DNA of 64,000 bases, from contig MCFE01000099.1 in the NCBI GenBank assembly GCA_002104905.1, forward strand, positions 1-64,000, read 5' to 3'. Made by a program: the position numbers and the translations under genes. Each line of letters opens with the position of its first letter. Position 1 is the first letter of the stretch. Under the pieces are notes generated by a model, which saw only the letters and a program-made list of their open reading frames with translations, had not been told where the DNA came from and searched no databases. This DNA comes from Basidiobolus meristosporus CBS 931.73 (lineage: Eukaryota > Fungi > Basidiobolomycota). Positions 52,375-64,000 of the stretch are shown here, piece by piece.

Positions 52375-53509
52375 ATGGCGTTGGTGAAAATGCTACTTCC
52401 CCGGTTCGAGGTTGAGCTGGAGCGCGACACCATCATGAAACGGTTCGATTTTGACAGCAACGTCAGTAACTTCATTCGGGGGAGAGTTCTCTTTCATCCC
52501 AAAATAAAGACCAACTTGAACGAACTCGTACTTGTACTTGAAGGCAAGCTGTCTGTAGATCCTCCGGATGGTAAGTTGTTTGTGAATGGAGACGTCCCGA
52601 TGCTTGATCGCTTACTCTCTTCCCCCAGGCTACAAGAATTTGGAGAAGACCATCATCCAGCAGAAACTGATCCTCTGTGCACAAAGCGACCAGGGTGTAT
52701 CATTATCCCCAGCCTGCCATGAGTATGCTTTTGAGCTGTGCATCCCAGGAGACCTGCCCGAGTCGTTCAGGGGAGACTATGGCTCTCTGGCATACAAGAT
52801 CCGCGCTTTCGGGACGATCTCTGACTATTGGTCGTTGTCCTCGATCAAAACAGAACGCAACCTTCATATCCTGAGAGATATGAGCCCGCTCTATGACACT
52901 TACAGTAAGTCCATTTCGGGAACTTGGCAGAATTCTGTATCCTACGAAGCCACCATCCCTTCGAATGGATTTGCGCCCGGTGACGTCATCCCCGTCCGAT
53001 TCAAGTATCATGTTGAAAATGACAATGTTCGTGTCAATCTCGCAATCAGCTATCTTCGTGAAATAAGCGTCTACCGGACACCATCCAGTGAGTCCACTGC
53101 AGGGGGGATTCTTCGAGAGGATCACAAGACCATCGATCTTGATGGCTACTACGACGAGAATTCAACTGAAGGTGACTGCGAACTGAAACTGAAGGTTCCG
53201 GCCAACTTGACCAGTTTCGGTTGCATCAGCGAGTACTCACAGCTAACACACAAGGTCTGCTTCCGAGTGGATTGCATACTCAATGGTGAGCACGAATCGA
53301 TTGTCTTTACTCTTCCAGTGTATATTCTTCCCGACCACTACACCAAGCTCTCCCCCGACTCGCACGCCGAGGATGAGCTTCCAACATATGATATAATTCC
53401 ACCTCCGCCTTCTTACGAGGCAATCCTTCCCCGCAACCATGAACAACAGCCCATCTCATGTGAAAATATCCCGGCATCACCGATGTACTCTCATGTAGTG
53501 GTTTCGTGA
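52375..53509 (+). CDS. Alpha-arrestin (ART/arrestin-related trafficking adaptor); intron 52570-52628
   Basis: Arrestin_N/C features (IRGRVLF, HEYAFELCIPGDLPESF, YEATIPSNGFAPGDVIPVRF, FTLPVYIL) and C-terminal PY motifs LPTY and PPSY. Confidence 0.85.
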
Positions 53510-54129
53510 TCTTATACACCTACTGCATGATCATTTTTGTACAGCTTTCCCTTCATGGTAGCAGGTGTTATTATCATTCTATTCCAGTTGTATATAATCT
53601 CATTGAAAACGGAATAAACCTATATAATTTAAAGAACTCCTGAATGTGGACACCAGTGCATTCACGGAGATCCCCAAAATTGGTCATGCGCGGAGGTGGT
53701 TTGTGGGACCGACCATTTGTTCCGTAGCAAGTTGTCCGGCATGCAGTAGGCCTACTCACACTCTGTTCATCGCCAGTTACCCAGCGGGGAAGAACGATTT
53801 GGGAGTATCAAAGCCCTTCTGGTTTATCTTCAGAGGAAACACTGGCTCCCATTTGAGCTTCGCAAAAATGGCGAGCAGAGAATGATCGCTGGATATAGAA
53901 GCGCACAAATCCAAACAAATCCTTCCCTTCCCTGTGCATCAACCGTAGTAATTAGTTGTATTCCACTGGCGGAGTTTGTTACGTTACTCATTCAACATCA
54001 GCCAATCAAATATACATTCGCTTTGGGTTGTCGTAAGCACTTGGTGTAAGATGGTTAGGACTGGGGTTTGTGGCCTATTACTTAAGACTGCTCGCGTAGC
54101 TCTATGTGAAGCATTGACCTTTTCCAAGC

Positions 54130-54972
54130 ATGAGCGAGATTACTTTTGATCGTACCGCCTTCCTGTTCTGCGACTTTATCAAAGATTTCTGGAAGATGTT
54201 AGTTGTATATGTTGCCACGTAGCAAGTCACTTTCCCCTAACCGTCGTATCCTCAGATTCCCCGACTCCGAGGAGAAACAGCAGCTACTGGAAAATGTTTC
54301 GAGGGTGTATCAGCGAGTGGTTGAACTACGTGAGGAGAAGAACCTTCTGCTTGTGAATGTTGGCATAAAGGTGCTTCAAACAGATAGTTACTTAGGTGTT
54401 TTGAGGCTGATCGGTGGGAAATTTAGTTCAGAGAAGGATACCCCGAGCTTGGGCCCGACAACCCAAACCTTGCGTTCAAGTGGTTAATGCAGATGAAAAA
54501 GGGAATGTTGCTAGAGAGTAGTCCCGGCACGGAATTCATTGACGAGGTGGCCCCGGTTCCGGTAAGCAGTGTGATCCAACTGTGCTTCGCCTCTGGGGTT
54601 ACTGAATGCTATGTCTAGGGAAGTGTGAGAATCAACAAGCTTCGAGGAAGCGCGTTCTATCCCAACGAACTCGAAGCAATCCTAAAGGCTAATCAAATCA
54701 ACCATTTGGTTATCTGTGGTATCTCGACTAGGTAAGGTATGAAGCCTATCAGTATTTCGCTTCACTTGTGTTAAACAACGCTTGCCAGCGGAGTTGTTTT
54801 GGGTACCTGCTCCACCGCCGCAGATTATGATTACAAAGTCACGGTGATTGGCGATTGCTGTGCTGACCTGAATCCCGAACTCCATGAGGTCCTTTTGAAA
54901 AGTGGGTTTGGTAATAGGGCCCGAGTGACCACCACCAAGGAGCTTCTAGCCCTTTTAGATCAAGTGGCTTAA
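54130..54972 (+). CDS. Isochorismatase-like (cysteine hydrolase fold) protein, 5 exons
   Basis: Spliced TAFLFCDF...FREGYPE...GTEFIDEVAPVPGSVRINKLRGSAF...INHLVICGISTSGVVLGT...ADYDYKVTVIGDCCAD; four GT-AG introns keep the frame. Confidence 0.88.
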
Positions 54973-55412
54973 TTTTATTCCATAAATCGATGTCAAGATC
55001 GGTATCTGGGAATAATAAAGCAAGGTTGTTTCTTTGGGGCATTTATCTTTTATGGTTTTATGCTGAGAGTGCCTGAACATACTTTGGGAAAGGAGTTAAA
55101 CGATTACCTATGTACGTCTGAAACGACACGTGAGTAGCATTCCAGATAGCCTGGCCTCTCAAGATTAAGAAAGGTTAAGAACTAGCAATTAAAGAAACGC
55201 TTCATCCCGCCGGCTTCATATACTACCTGGCTGACAACCATGTACCATGAGAGCTTACGGCTAAACATCTCTGCTTCAATAAACGAGAACGTAGACAAAG
55301 GTAGAAATGGGTGCGAAGGATTGAAACAACAGAAAAAATACTAGAAAGGAGGGGGAAACAGCAACAGAATGCAAACCCGATCGAGTAGACCGTAGCTGAG
55401 ATTCAGCTCCCA

Positions 55413-56168
55413 CTAATAACACTCCTGCACCAACGACTGGAGCTCCGATCTCTTTCGCCGCAAGGAAAATCTTCTATTGCTAGCAGCAAACAATCTTCGA
55501 AGTCGATTGAGCAGGGTAGATTTGTTTGCCGAGAGTGCGATTTTGAAAAAGAATCCGTTGGATTCGGGATCGATTCGCTCATAGCGTGCTGGATACAGCT
55601 CAGAAAGTCGACGAGTGGAGTTGATTGTTGCTGCCGAAATGGAGCGTCTTGACAGATTGTCACCGGGATTGGAGAGCAGTCCAGGTGCCGGTTGCTGTTG
55701 GTTCTGCTCAGTGGGGCCTGGGGGAACACCTTCGTTGCTAGAAGACAGGGGAGACTTTTTTACAAATACAAAAGTTCCTGGATCTGGCAGGTAGTACGGT
55801 GGAAGGAACACAGAATTGTTATGGTAGGGAAAGCAGTTGGGTCGTGAAGGTTTAATGCAATACCAAACCCCTTGATCCTGGCCAGGAGGGGGTTCAGAGA
55901 ATACTTTAGGTGGAGTGTCAAAATTCTCAACAAAAATCTCCGGCACAATGTATTTGGGTGTTCGTTTCCTCGCTTCTCCAAGCTCTTTCACTCTGATATT
56001 GGGCTTCTCAAGAGCACCAGGAGCCCGAAGGGCACGTTTCCCCATGGGTTTCATTACCTTCGCCCCATTTTTCACTACTGAGGGGTTGACCTTGTTATTT
56101 AGTTTGGAAGCGGCTGCAAATGCGCTTCTCCGAGTACAACATTTGCATGTCTTTTCAGTATCATGCAT
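55413..56168 (-). CDS. Hypothetical basic/Pro-rich protein (251 aa)
   Basis: Uninterrupted 251-codon ATG ORF; no family recognised. Confidence 0.55.
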   Translation of the reverse strand: MHDTEKTCKCCTRRSAFAAASKLNNKVNPSVVKNGAKVMKPMGKRALRAPGALEKPNIRVKELGEARKRTPKYIVPEIFVENFDTPPKVFSEPPPGQDQGVWYCIKPSRPNCFPYHNNSVFLPPYYLPDPGTFVFVKKSPLSSSNEGVPPGPTEQNQQQPAPGLLSNPGDNLSRRSISAATINSTRRLSELYPARYERIDPESNGFFFKIALSANKSTLLNRLRRLFAASNRRFSLRRKRSELQSLVQECY

Positions 56169-59115
56169 AATCTGCTATATTTCGATAGCTTAGAGAACTT
56201 CTCAGAAGTATTAGAAGTGATGATCAATAGCTTTGCGAATTCCTAAGTGTCGCTCAAGAGCTCACGGGGTTGCAAAGGAACAGTAAATAGAAGAGCTCTA
56301 GATATTAGGCGCCGAAACGACAGTCGAATCGCTGACTGGTTAGAAAGGGCCAGGGGGGCTTGAAAAAGGGAATTTTAAGGTAAAGAAATGTGTAGAAGAT
56401 GAAACACTCAGAGAGTATTGTTAGATATAATAAGGTTCGGTTAAAAGAGTACGTAAACAATTTAAGGGAAGTGGGTTGGGATTAACAATTGACGGTTCAA
56501 TCAACATATACAAGCTTCTGTCCGGTTTGGGTTGCGAATGACTTCTCCAATAGCGAGGACAGCGAACAGTCCTTTCCTGACTGGGCCTTTTTAAACGATT
56601 GTCTTTTCTGATGATAGGCTGAGGGCCTAGCCTTGACACCAGAGCCAGGGAATTCTTAAAATGTATTCGAGTGTGAAGCACGATTCTTAACTGGCATAAC
56701 AGCCCATAGGGATCTTGAGGACCAGCAGCCCAAAGGATATCGCCCATTATATTTCCGTAAACACTTCAGCAATTCAATCATTTTGTGATGGATGGTTTCA
56801 ACAAACATCAGGATATATATAGAAGCTTGTTGGCCACTCAATGGTCGGTCTGATGTTTTACAACAGCCGCTTGTAATTCATTTGTGCCAGCCTAACAGGC
56901 TATCTCCCATGCAGGATATATCAATCTATATTCGGTTGGCAGATTCTGGAATGAGCAACCAACTCCGTTCGTGGTGAGTGGACTCGCTGCGGAGTCGTTC
57001 GGTGAACAACGTAGTATTCCATGCTCAAAGATGTTCTGCCTGATCATGGGTTGCAACCAAACCGAGGGTCTGGAGGTGCTGTTAGGATCCCAAACCGATG
57101 GCGAGAGAGGCGGATTTATACTTTGGAGCACACTCGAAGCTGAACACTGGAGCGAGTTGTGATGGTGGTGCGCTCTGTATCCTGATTTAGCCATCCATGG
57201 AAAGCCATTTATGCCGATTTGCTTCAACATCGTTTCGTACGTATTTTCTACGCTGAATCATATTTACTCAACCATGGCTGGAACTGTGTAAAATGATCTG
57301 CAGTAAGAGTTCGCTCATGCCGCTAGGATACGTTGGGCCAGGGGCTGGGGGAGAAATCCGGGAAATCCCACTGGGGTAGAACAAGGATAGAGCGCCACTA
57401 CCGGTGGGGAATTCGAGCGGTGTTGTCTCGCCTAGTTGATCAGGAAAAGCCAATCCCTGACAGAGGGAGATAAGTAGAAGGCTTCATACAGTATAAATGG
57501 AGACGCATTAGGCAATTTCATGAAGATCATCTTTCTACATGATGATGTAGAAGATGCCGGCCGCAACCAATAGGGACGCTTCAGAGCCTTGAGACATATT
57601 CCGCTCATGAGAACGCTGTTAGTAGCTGACAACTGTTATCCAGCTCTCCATCTTCAACCCGCGATGGAGCGTGATGTTACAGATAATATTCTCCTTGCGG
57701 TAAAGAAGCACTGGCTGGTATCAAAGCCAGATTTCTGCACATAATGTCAACCAAGGTAATGCAGAGGAGGCTCCGAAGATATTGTTTGAAACATTCCGGT
57801 GACTATTCAAGGCCATGCATTTGAAATATTTGTATCCAGATCATTGGGTAGCGACAGTAGTGTTCTTTGATTGTCAATAATTCTGTAACACTCGCCAGTC
57901 GATCAAAACAGCATCTCGAGATCTAGCTGTCGGTGGAGACTACTCACAATTGTGGATATAATTCGAAGTGGTCGGTACCAGTTGCAAGTTGCCCTTCATC
58001 AAAAAAAGCCAAGTAATCAACCAGTAAGCCAAGTATGGACTGCTTCGGATGCCATACTAATATTCATCTCATAATTGGGAAACTTGAGATTGTTTGTTGG
58101 AGAAACTTGAAGAGCCTGCTGGACTGATCCATACTCCGAGACGTAGGCCTGTTCTATCCATAAGGTTCGATGGTCAAGGATCAGTTGCTTGGGTGTACCC
58201 ATTCGTTCCCCAGTACCGGACAGCTTAGCTTTATCCCCGTTTTCCTTGACATCAATGCAAGTCATTTATCTTCCCCTTTGCCAGGAAAACACTGCATTAA
58301 ACACTGGCACATGCTATGTGCTACAGCGCAGGATTCACCAATGGTATTTGTGTGCTTAATTCTCACACAGTAAGGTTTGCTTTCACAACATCGCCAACAA
58401 CAATCACATGGCTGGCCAATAGAAGGGCCACGAAGAACAACGCCTAGCGGCTGTTTTAATACTCACCACACATAGAGCCAAGTACAACTACCCCAGTCCA
58501 GCAGAGTTGCACCAAATTCGTTGGCCTGTTGCAGTGATTCTTTCCAAGTGCTGTCCAGTTTTCCTTAACCAGATGGTGATTAGCCTTTGTCCGAAAATTA
58601 AAATGAAATCAATTGAATCCCCCAACAAGATGACCATACAATACCCTGTTCACAAAACGAATTTCAATAAATTAGTTCAGAACAATAATTTTGCTGTTGC
58701 ATGACACAAGCACCTGGCAAAGAGGGTGCATTATTGCTTGGAGACGGAGATCAAATGTCATCACGAATCCACGCAAACACAGTACAATGCCAAACACACT
58801 GCATACTATTTGCATCCAAGCCAGCACTATTACCAACCACGTAAGTTGGGTGCTTCTTTGTGCCGTCCGCCTTCAAGCTGCCACTTCCGATCCCACCAAC
58901 CCCAGTCTTAATATAACAAGATTCAGGAAATACTTGAACAGTTGGAGTCAATGATCTAATCATTAGGCACTCAGCCGGCTCACCTTGTACAATATTACTT
59001 GCTTGCTACACTTTAGTTGTATTAGTGCCTTTATCTTCTTTGTGCTACTTTGACCATTCTTGCTAGTAGCCTGCTCAACTTTGCTTGCCCAGGATATAAG
59101 ATCATTGAATGGCGT

Positions 59116-60544
59116 ATGATGGATGGCGCATTCATTTCTACTAACTCGGTGTTGGAAAGTCACCACATACTACCGAGTCACAATTCCTTGGTTAACCCTC
59201 ATTTCACTTACTTGCAAGGTATATATTTGGCCCCGCATATGCACAAAGGTATTCCAAGTCTGTTTCTCCCCACCAACACCCGCCAATTAATCAATTCCTA
59301 ATCCAGAGCTCTGGTTTATTTCGCCCAATGCTGCCAAAAATCTAGCGCTCAGATCAGGGGCCAGCGATATCACTCGCATAGCCGTCCAGACGCTGAACCT
59401 CTTTCTCGAACGGCTGCTCGTGGTCTATATCAATGACGCCAGTGAGTACGATGCGCACCTGGATCGATTCACACTGACCACAAGAAGCTTGTTCCACAGC
59501 CAGGATCTCGCACGCAGGATTATCGAGCAAGCTTGGGAGTTTACTTCCCTTTTCCAGTTCCGAAATGTTCAATTGAGTGGAGATTGGAGTGCGTACTCCA
59601 AAGAGCAAGTGGCGAAGGAGGTTCGGCTGCAATGCTCATGGTATTCCACGTTAGGGGGCGGTGTGCATGTCAGGAATCCCAGAGAAAAAGCCTTGATCGA
59701 CTTGAAGTCTGCGGCATTTCTGTCGGGGACTCTGGAGGGGATCGGAAGGTTAATCCTTTCAAGGGCGGCGAAGCTGGTAATTCTCCGATCAGATTCCATC
59801 ATCAGTGAGCTGACCATTGAAGAGATTCTACGCACCGACGACGCTATCCGAAGACCGTTCGTGAAGACCGATCTGTACAATTCGTTGGGAGTAAGTTTAC
59901 ACCGAGGTCCCGTAGGCTCTCAATGCAACTCTAACTCTTTGTAAAGGAAAAGCGAGTGGAGAGATTTGGCGAGACGCCAGAGCGTAACGTCTCTACCTAC
60001 TCTGACAAGTCAACCATACTCTCCGATTCGGATGATGACGAATCTATCCTCACGGTTCGCACCTCGATTGACTCGGGATGCGCCAAGGGGCGTCCGAACC
60101 TCTTTGTTCGCTGTCTTTACGGGCTCAAGGCGAAGAAGAAGAGGCCAGACACCCTGAGCAGAAGCCCAGACGCGATGGAGAAGTATCTCCCTCCAAAGCC
60201 CCTCCATGTCTCTGGAAATCCCAAATACCCAAGATGGGGCAGCTCCTTGTCAGACCTCTCATTGCTGTCATACCCACATGTAAATTACAAAGTAGGTGGA
60301 TTCTGCACTGTTGTTGATCACCGTGTGTTTACTGACCATTTGATTGGATAAGGTCGATCCGATGAAAGCAAAGAAATTCGAGGAGCTTCTGGAGTCCGAA
60401 GAGACGGTCAAAATATCGTTGACCAGCTCGCGGCTTCGCAGTATCGAGGTTAGTCGCCAGCCCGGTGCGGCACCTCCCGATCCCAAGCACACCACGACGG
60501 TCGATGCTCGCCCTCCACGGCGCAAAAAGTCATTTTGGGGATGA
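59116..60544 (+). CDS. Fungal hypothetical protein with N-terminal histone-fold-like helical region, 4 exons
   Basis: Spliced WFISPNAAKNL...AVQTLNLFLERLL...; introns near 59219-59304, 59891-59946 and 60280-60352; C-terminal FEELLESEETVKISLTSSRLRSIE motif. Family recalled from fungal hypotheticals, not searched. Confidence 0.6.
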
Positions 60545-62228
60545 TTGATGGTGGTGGAGCTCTTGATGTTAAAATGATTCTTCAACTCGGTAGAACCGGA
60601 TGCATACTTTCCTGTAATCACACCTGTATTTCATACGCATTAACCTGCCTTGCCCATTTGTATTAATTTCGTAATGATATCCTGATTTCTATGGCATTGG
60701 CTACGCCATCTAATAGCGCTAATACGACACTAATCCGATTTGTTCCATAAAACCAATCTATCCATAGATGATTATACCATGATCTAGAGAAGTGTGGTTG
60801 ATTTTTGTGCAAGGATGCCTTAGCCCACCGTGCTCTGGCTTGAATCATTCCTGTCGCTTACTATTCCCTCTCCGCATGCCTTTCCTCATCTATCCGTATT
60901 CGTAGAAGTCCTGTCACTACTGCTTCCACCACCAATGCATTCCCCACTATGACCAAGAGCAGTCAGAGCCATTGTGGCATAATGTGGAGCGAGATGTATG
61001 TGAGATATACTTGTATAGCTGCTCCGGCAGGAAGAGGTTGATGCGATATCTGTGCTCAGCACATGACTTTATAGACATCGTGATGCTATTTCAAGTTGTC
61101 TGAAACTCTTCTCTGCGCATTGGTCGCCATCTTGACAACTCTGACGTCCTAGCGAAACCACGAGGCTCTTTAACTATGGTACGAGGTCTATGGGCTTCAT
61201 ATTACGCTCCAAAAGCACAGCTGCCTCAGCTCGATGCCTCTCAAGACATCCGAATTGGCGCTTCTCAGCGAAAACCACAATATTCAGTATTAACGGCAAC
61301 TCAAGGCATATCTGTGAAATAGGTTGAGTCTATGGATGCCTTGAAACAATCCCTTCCAAAATAAAGACCAGAGTCCATAATGATCTGTGAATGCTAACTG
61401 TCAGATATTCAATCCTACTGTGTGCTCGACCTATAGCAATTCCAGTCTCCTGGGGATCTTTCCAGCTCTTGACGGTTGGGAAAGCACAACTCTGTAGTAC
61501 CCAAAATCAGTAATGATATTGCCATTGTTGTAATTATCCCCGCCGACACCAAAACTATTTGTATATCCTACTTTTTGCTTCCACAATCGATTGTTTGTTT
61601 CTGCATATCTGATGGTTAAATTATAAACCATTGACTAGAGTTTTAGTTCGCAAGCTATTAGACAATTTTCTGACTTGGAAGAGCCCTAGAAGTTGTCAGA
61701 TTTTTCAAACCCATCCATACGCCCTCAAACTTAGCTGACCACCTCCTGGGACCTTTCTAGGTGCATTCTCATTATTAGTTCTATAGGAATCTCCTACAGT
61801 CATCACCATATCTTTATACCAAAAAAGTGGGTATCATGCAAGTCTTTGCATGCTGTAAAATTTGTAATTCCTCCTAAATATTCAGCTAACTTGGTAACTT
61901 GGATCACTACCTACAAATCTTAGAGAATACTGACCAAATTCTGTGTTGAGATTTACCTAGAATATTTTCACCAAAACATCAGGTATCCAAAAGATGATAA
62001 TTCTCAAAGCTGTCCAAACAGCCCCAAATTTTGCACACATGCACCTGGGACCTTTCTAAGCATAGTCTTTGTGTTTGGCTTGCCAAGACTATGTAAAAGT
62101 GTAAATACTCTTTTTACACTCAATAAATCATTAAGTGAAAACCACATAAACTACTTGTCCTCCCAATCACTTTTGATATCTCCAAAAATCTTACAACATG
62201 CTATGAGCCCTAAGCTGTCATTCTCTGC

Positions 62229-62980
62229 AATGTCCACAACTGCTATTACTTGAACTTTTCCCTCTGCTGAAAAGTTGGATGGATCTAATTACCAAGTGTA
62301 GAAGGTGAGGATGAAGATGCTGCTACATGATAGAGACCTTTGGGTTGTTGTCATGGGAGAAGAATGCCTACCTAACAATGAGGGAGAGGAGTCCTTAGAG
62401 TACCAGAAAAAAGAACAAAGTGCCTTTAACTGTACTTGCCTCAATGTTAAAGATAAATTGCTAGTTCAATGCGCAAGAGCAAAAACAGCAAAGAATGCCT
62501 GGAAGGCATTAGCAGACACCTACCAGTCATGTTCAGCGGCTAAGAAAATGTATCTGAGACAATGGTTCCTCCTACAAAGATGCTGCCAGGAGAAGAAATG
62601 AAAAATCTAATTAACAGAATTACCCTGCTGGTAGATGAGATGGAATCTGTGGGCATACCAACTACTGATGAGGATGTGATAGTTACCATCCTGAATAGCC
62701 TGAAAGACAAGCTTCAGGGCCTTGTATCAGTCCTAGAGTCCAGAACTGAATATTTGACCTTAAATTATGTATATGGAAGGCTCCTGGATGAAGAATTAAG
62801 AAAATCAAGCGCATATAAGAAGGAAGAAGAAAATGCTTTAATAAGCAATGATAACCAACAAAGGAGGTACCCAAGACTCTACAAAGGCAACAGCAACCTG
62901 TTTTGCAACTAATGGAAAAGGAAAGGACACACATCAGACAGGTGCTTCAAAAAGAAACCCTATGAAAAATTATTGAGATG
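62229..62980 (+). mobile_element. Decayed Ty1/copia LTR-retrotransposon gag (UBN2/Retrotran_gag_2 + degenerate zinc knuckle)
   Basis: EKLDGSNYQV*KVRMKMLLHDRDLW...AKTAKNAWKALADTY...LINRITLLVDEMESVG...ILNSL...RLLDEE...CN*WKRKGHTSDRC; premature stops, one frameshift near 62570, strong CpG depletion. Confidence 0.85.
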
Positions 62981-63288
62981 ATCCCGTCAAAAGGCCATCA
63001 CAAAGTTAATTTCCCATGACTGAGAGGTACTGATCTTGTCAGGACACTGTCCAGAGACCGTTGAAAAATAATTGCACCCCAGATTTCACAAAAAACTTTG
63101 TCAAAATTTTTCATCACAACAATGTATAAGTGGCTTTTGATTGGTTCCCTGCCAATTTGCTCACTTTCTGATCCCGGACACTCTATTGCCTCCTATGTTT
63201 GTGTGAATTGATTGGCTATTGCCTCTTTTTCACACTCCTTACTTCCTGACTCAACTGTTTCTCTTACTTTTCATGCGTACATATTGAT

Positions 63289-64000
63289 TTATTTCCGTTG
63301 AAACTTCAGTTGTACCTCAATTGCCAATTGTATTGACCCATACAAGTCTCTATACCCTACACTAACATTAAGCCCAACCCCACACTCAACAAGTAACTCC
63401 ATTAAAATCCACCACTCAGTAAGTATTTCTGCTGTAATGCTTTGGTTCCACAACTTTGGCAGGAACCCAACAGCTTTATGCCACTGTTCATTCACTGGCT
63501 CCCACATGTCCTGGTCTTCAGCCGGCACTGCAAGGTCTAGCTCCTCATCTGCCAGTCTTTGCAATAAATCCTTGCAGTATTCCAGTGTGTTTTCTTGAGC
63601 ACTGCTCTTGAAGAAGTGCTGCAACCTCTTGGTGTGCCTATTAATGTTCCAAAACTCCACTGAAGGCATTGTGATAGTCTTTTGAGCTCTTGACGTTGTA
63701 GCCTTGTCCGTCAGTGGGATCTCCACTCTGTCAACAATGGAGGCTGTGGAGGCTGTGGTAGACAAATTGCCTTTTTCAGCAAACTCATCTACCTTGCTGG
63801 AGTGTAGCTCAACTGGCTGTGCTTCCAACTCTTGTGAAAACACCTGTTTTCTTGTTGGTAATTCTTCTTGGCTATGATGGGATTCAGTCTGTTCCTGGCT
63901 TGCGGCATTAATTGGCAAGAACTGCAGTTTTTTTTGCATGCCTCCCTGTCTCAGGCTTGGGTAGACATTTTTCCCTTTACCTTTTCCTTTATCACTGCCA
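63289..64000 (-). CDS. Open frame (>236 codons) running off the right edge; probably transposon-derived, family unidentified
   Basis: ORF 63289-63939 stays open upstream to the window edge (GSDKGKGKGKNVYPSLRQGGMQKK...); CpG-poor like the adjacent copia remnant. Confidence 0.4.
   Translation of the reverse strand, partial: GSDKGKGKGKNVYPSLRQGGMQKKLQFLPINAASQEQTESHHSQEELPTRKQVFSQELEAQPVELHSSKVDEFAEKGNLSTTASTASIVDRVEIPLTDKATTSRAQKTITMPSVEFWNINRHTKRLQHFFKSSAQENTLEYCKDLLQRLADEELDLAVPAEDQDMWEPVNEQWHKAVGFLPKLWNQSITAEILTEWWILMELLVECGVGLNVSVGYRDLYGSIQLAIEVQLKFQRK

Noticed and set aside
56400-59100. Short ORFs, one with GTPKQLILDH resembling an integrase core segment
   Set aside because: One weak motif only; no other retroelement domains or terminal repeats.
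1-64000. CRISPR arrays, operons, rRNA or tRNA genes
   Set aside because: DNA is eukaryotic with spliceosomal introns; no repeat-spacer arrays, cloverleaf/T-loop signatures or rRNA motifs were seen.

Overview
Eukaryotic, fungal genomic DNA with many short (~55-70 nt) GT-AG introns. The gene set (PUF60, intron-bearing MscL, group I truncated globin, Rax2) suggests an early-diverging fungus (Zoopagomycota/Mucoromycota-like); the lineage is inference. About 22 protein-coding genes: chitin synthase (cut by the window edge), Pcl-type cyclin, a large LEA-like repeat protein ending in CaaX, MscL, an NADP-dependent MDR oxidoreductase, Rax2 with a C-terminal SH3, a truncated hemoglobin, two tandem Ctr copper transporters, a WD40 protein, a C2H2 TF, PUF60, three tandem saccharopine-dehydrogenase-like oxidoreductases, SCY1/CEX1, Tom6-like, NAP1, an alpha-arrestin, an isochorismatase-like hydrolase and several hypotheticals. 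The right end holds a decayed, CpG-depleted Ty1/copia gag remnant. The most unusual items are: (1) a ~2.55 kb x3 tandem array whose oxidoreductase copies are mosaic, with short hypervariable blocks in near-identical sequence, each followed by a dead ORF; (2) bacterial-type genes (MscL with a zinc-ribbon tail and a dileucine-like sorting motif; trHbN with Cys-Pro extensions); (3) a putatively prenylated 22-mer-repeat LEA-like protein. No rRNA, tRNA or CRISPR arrays were recognised. Exon boundaries were read by eye.
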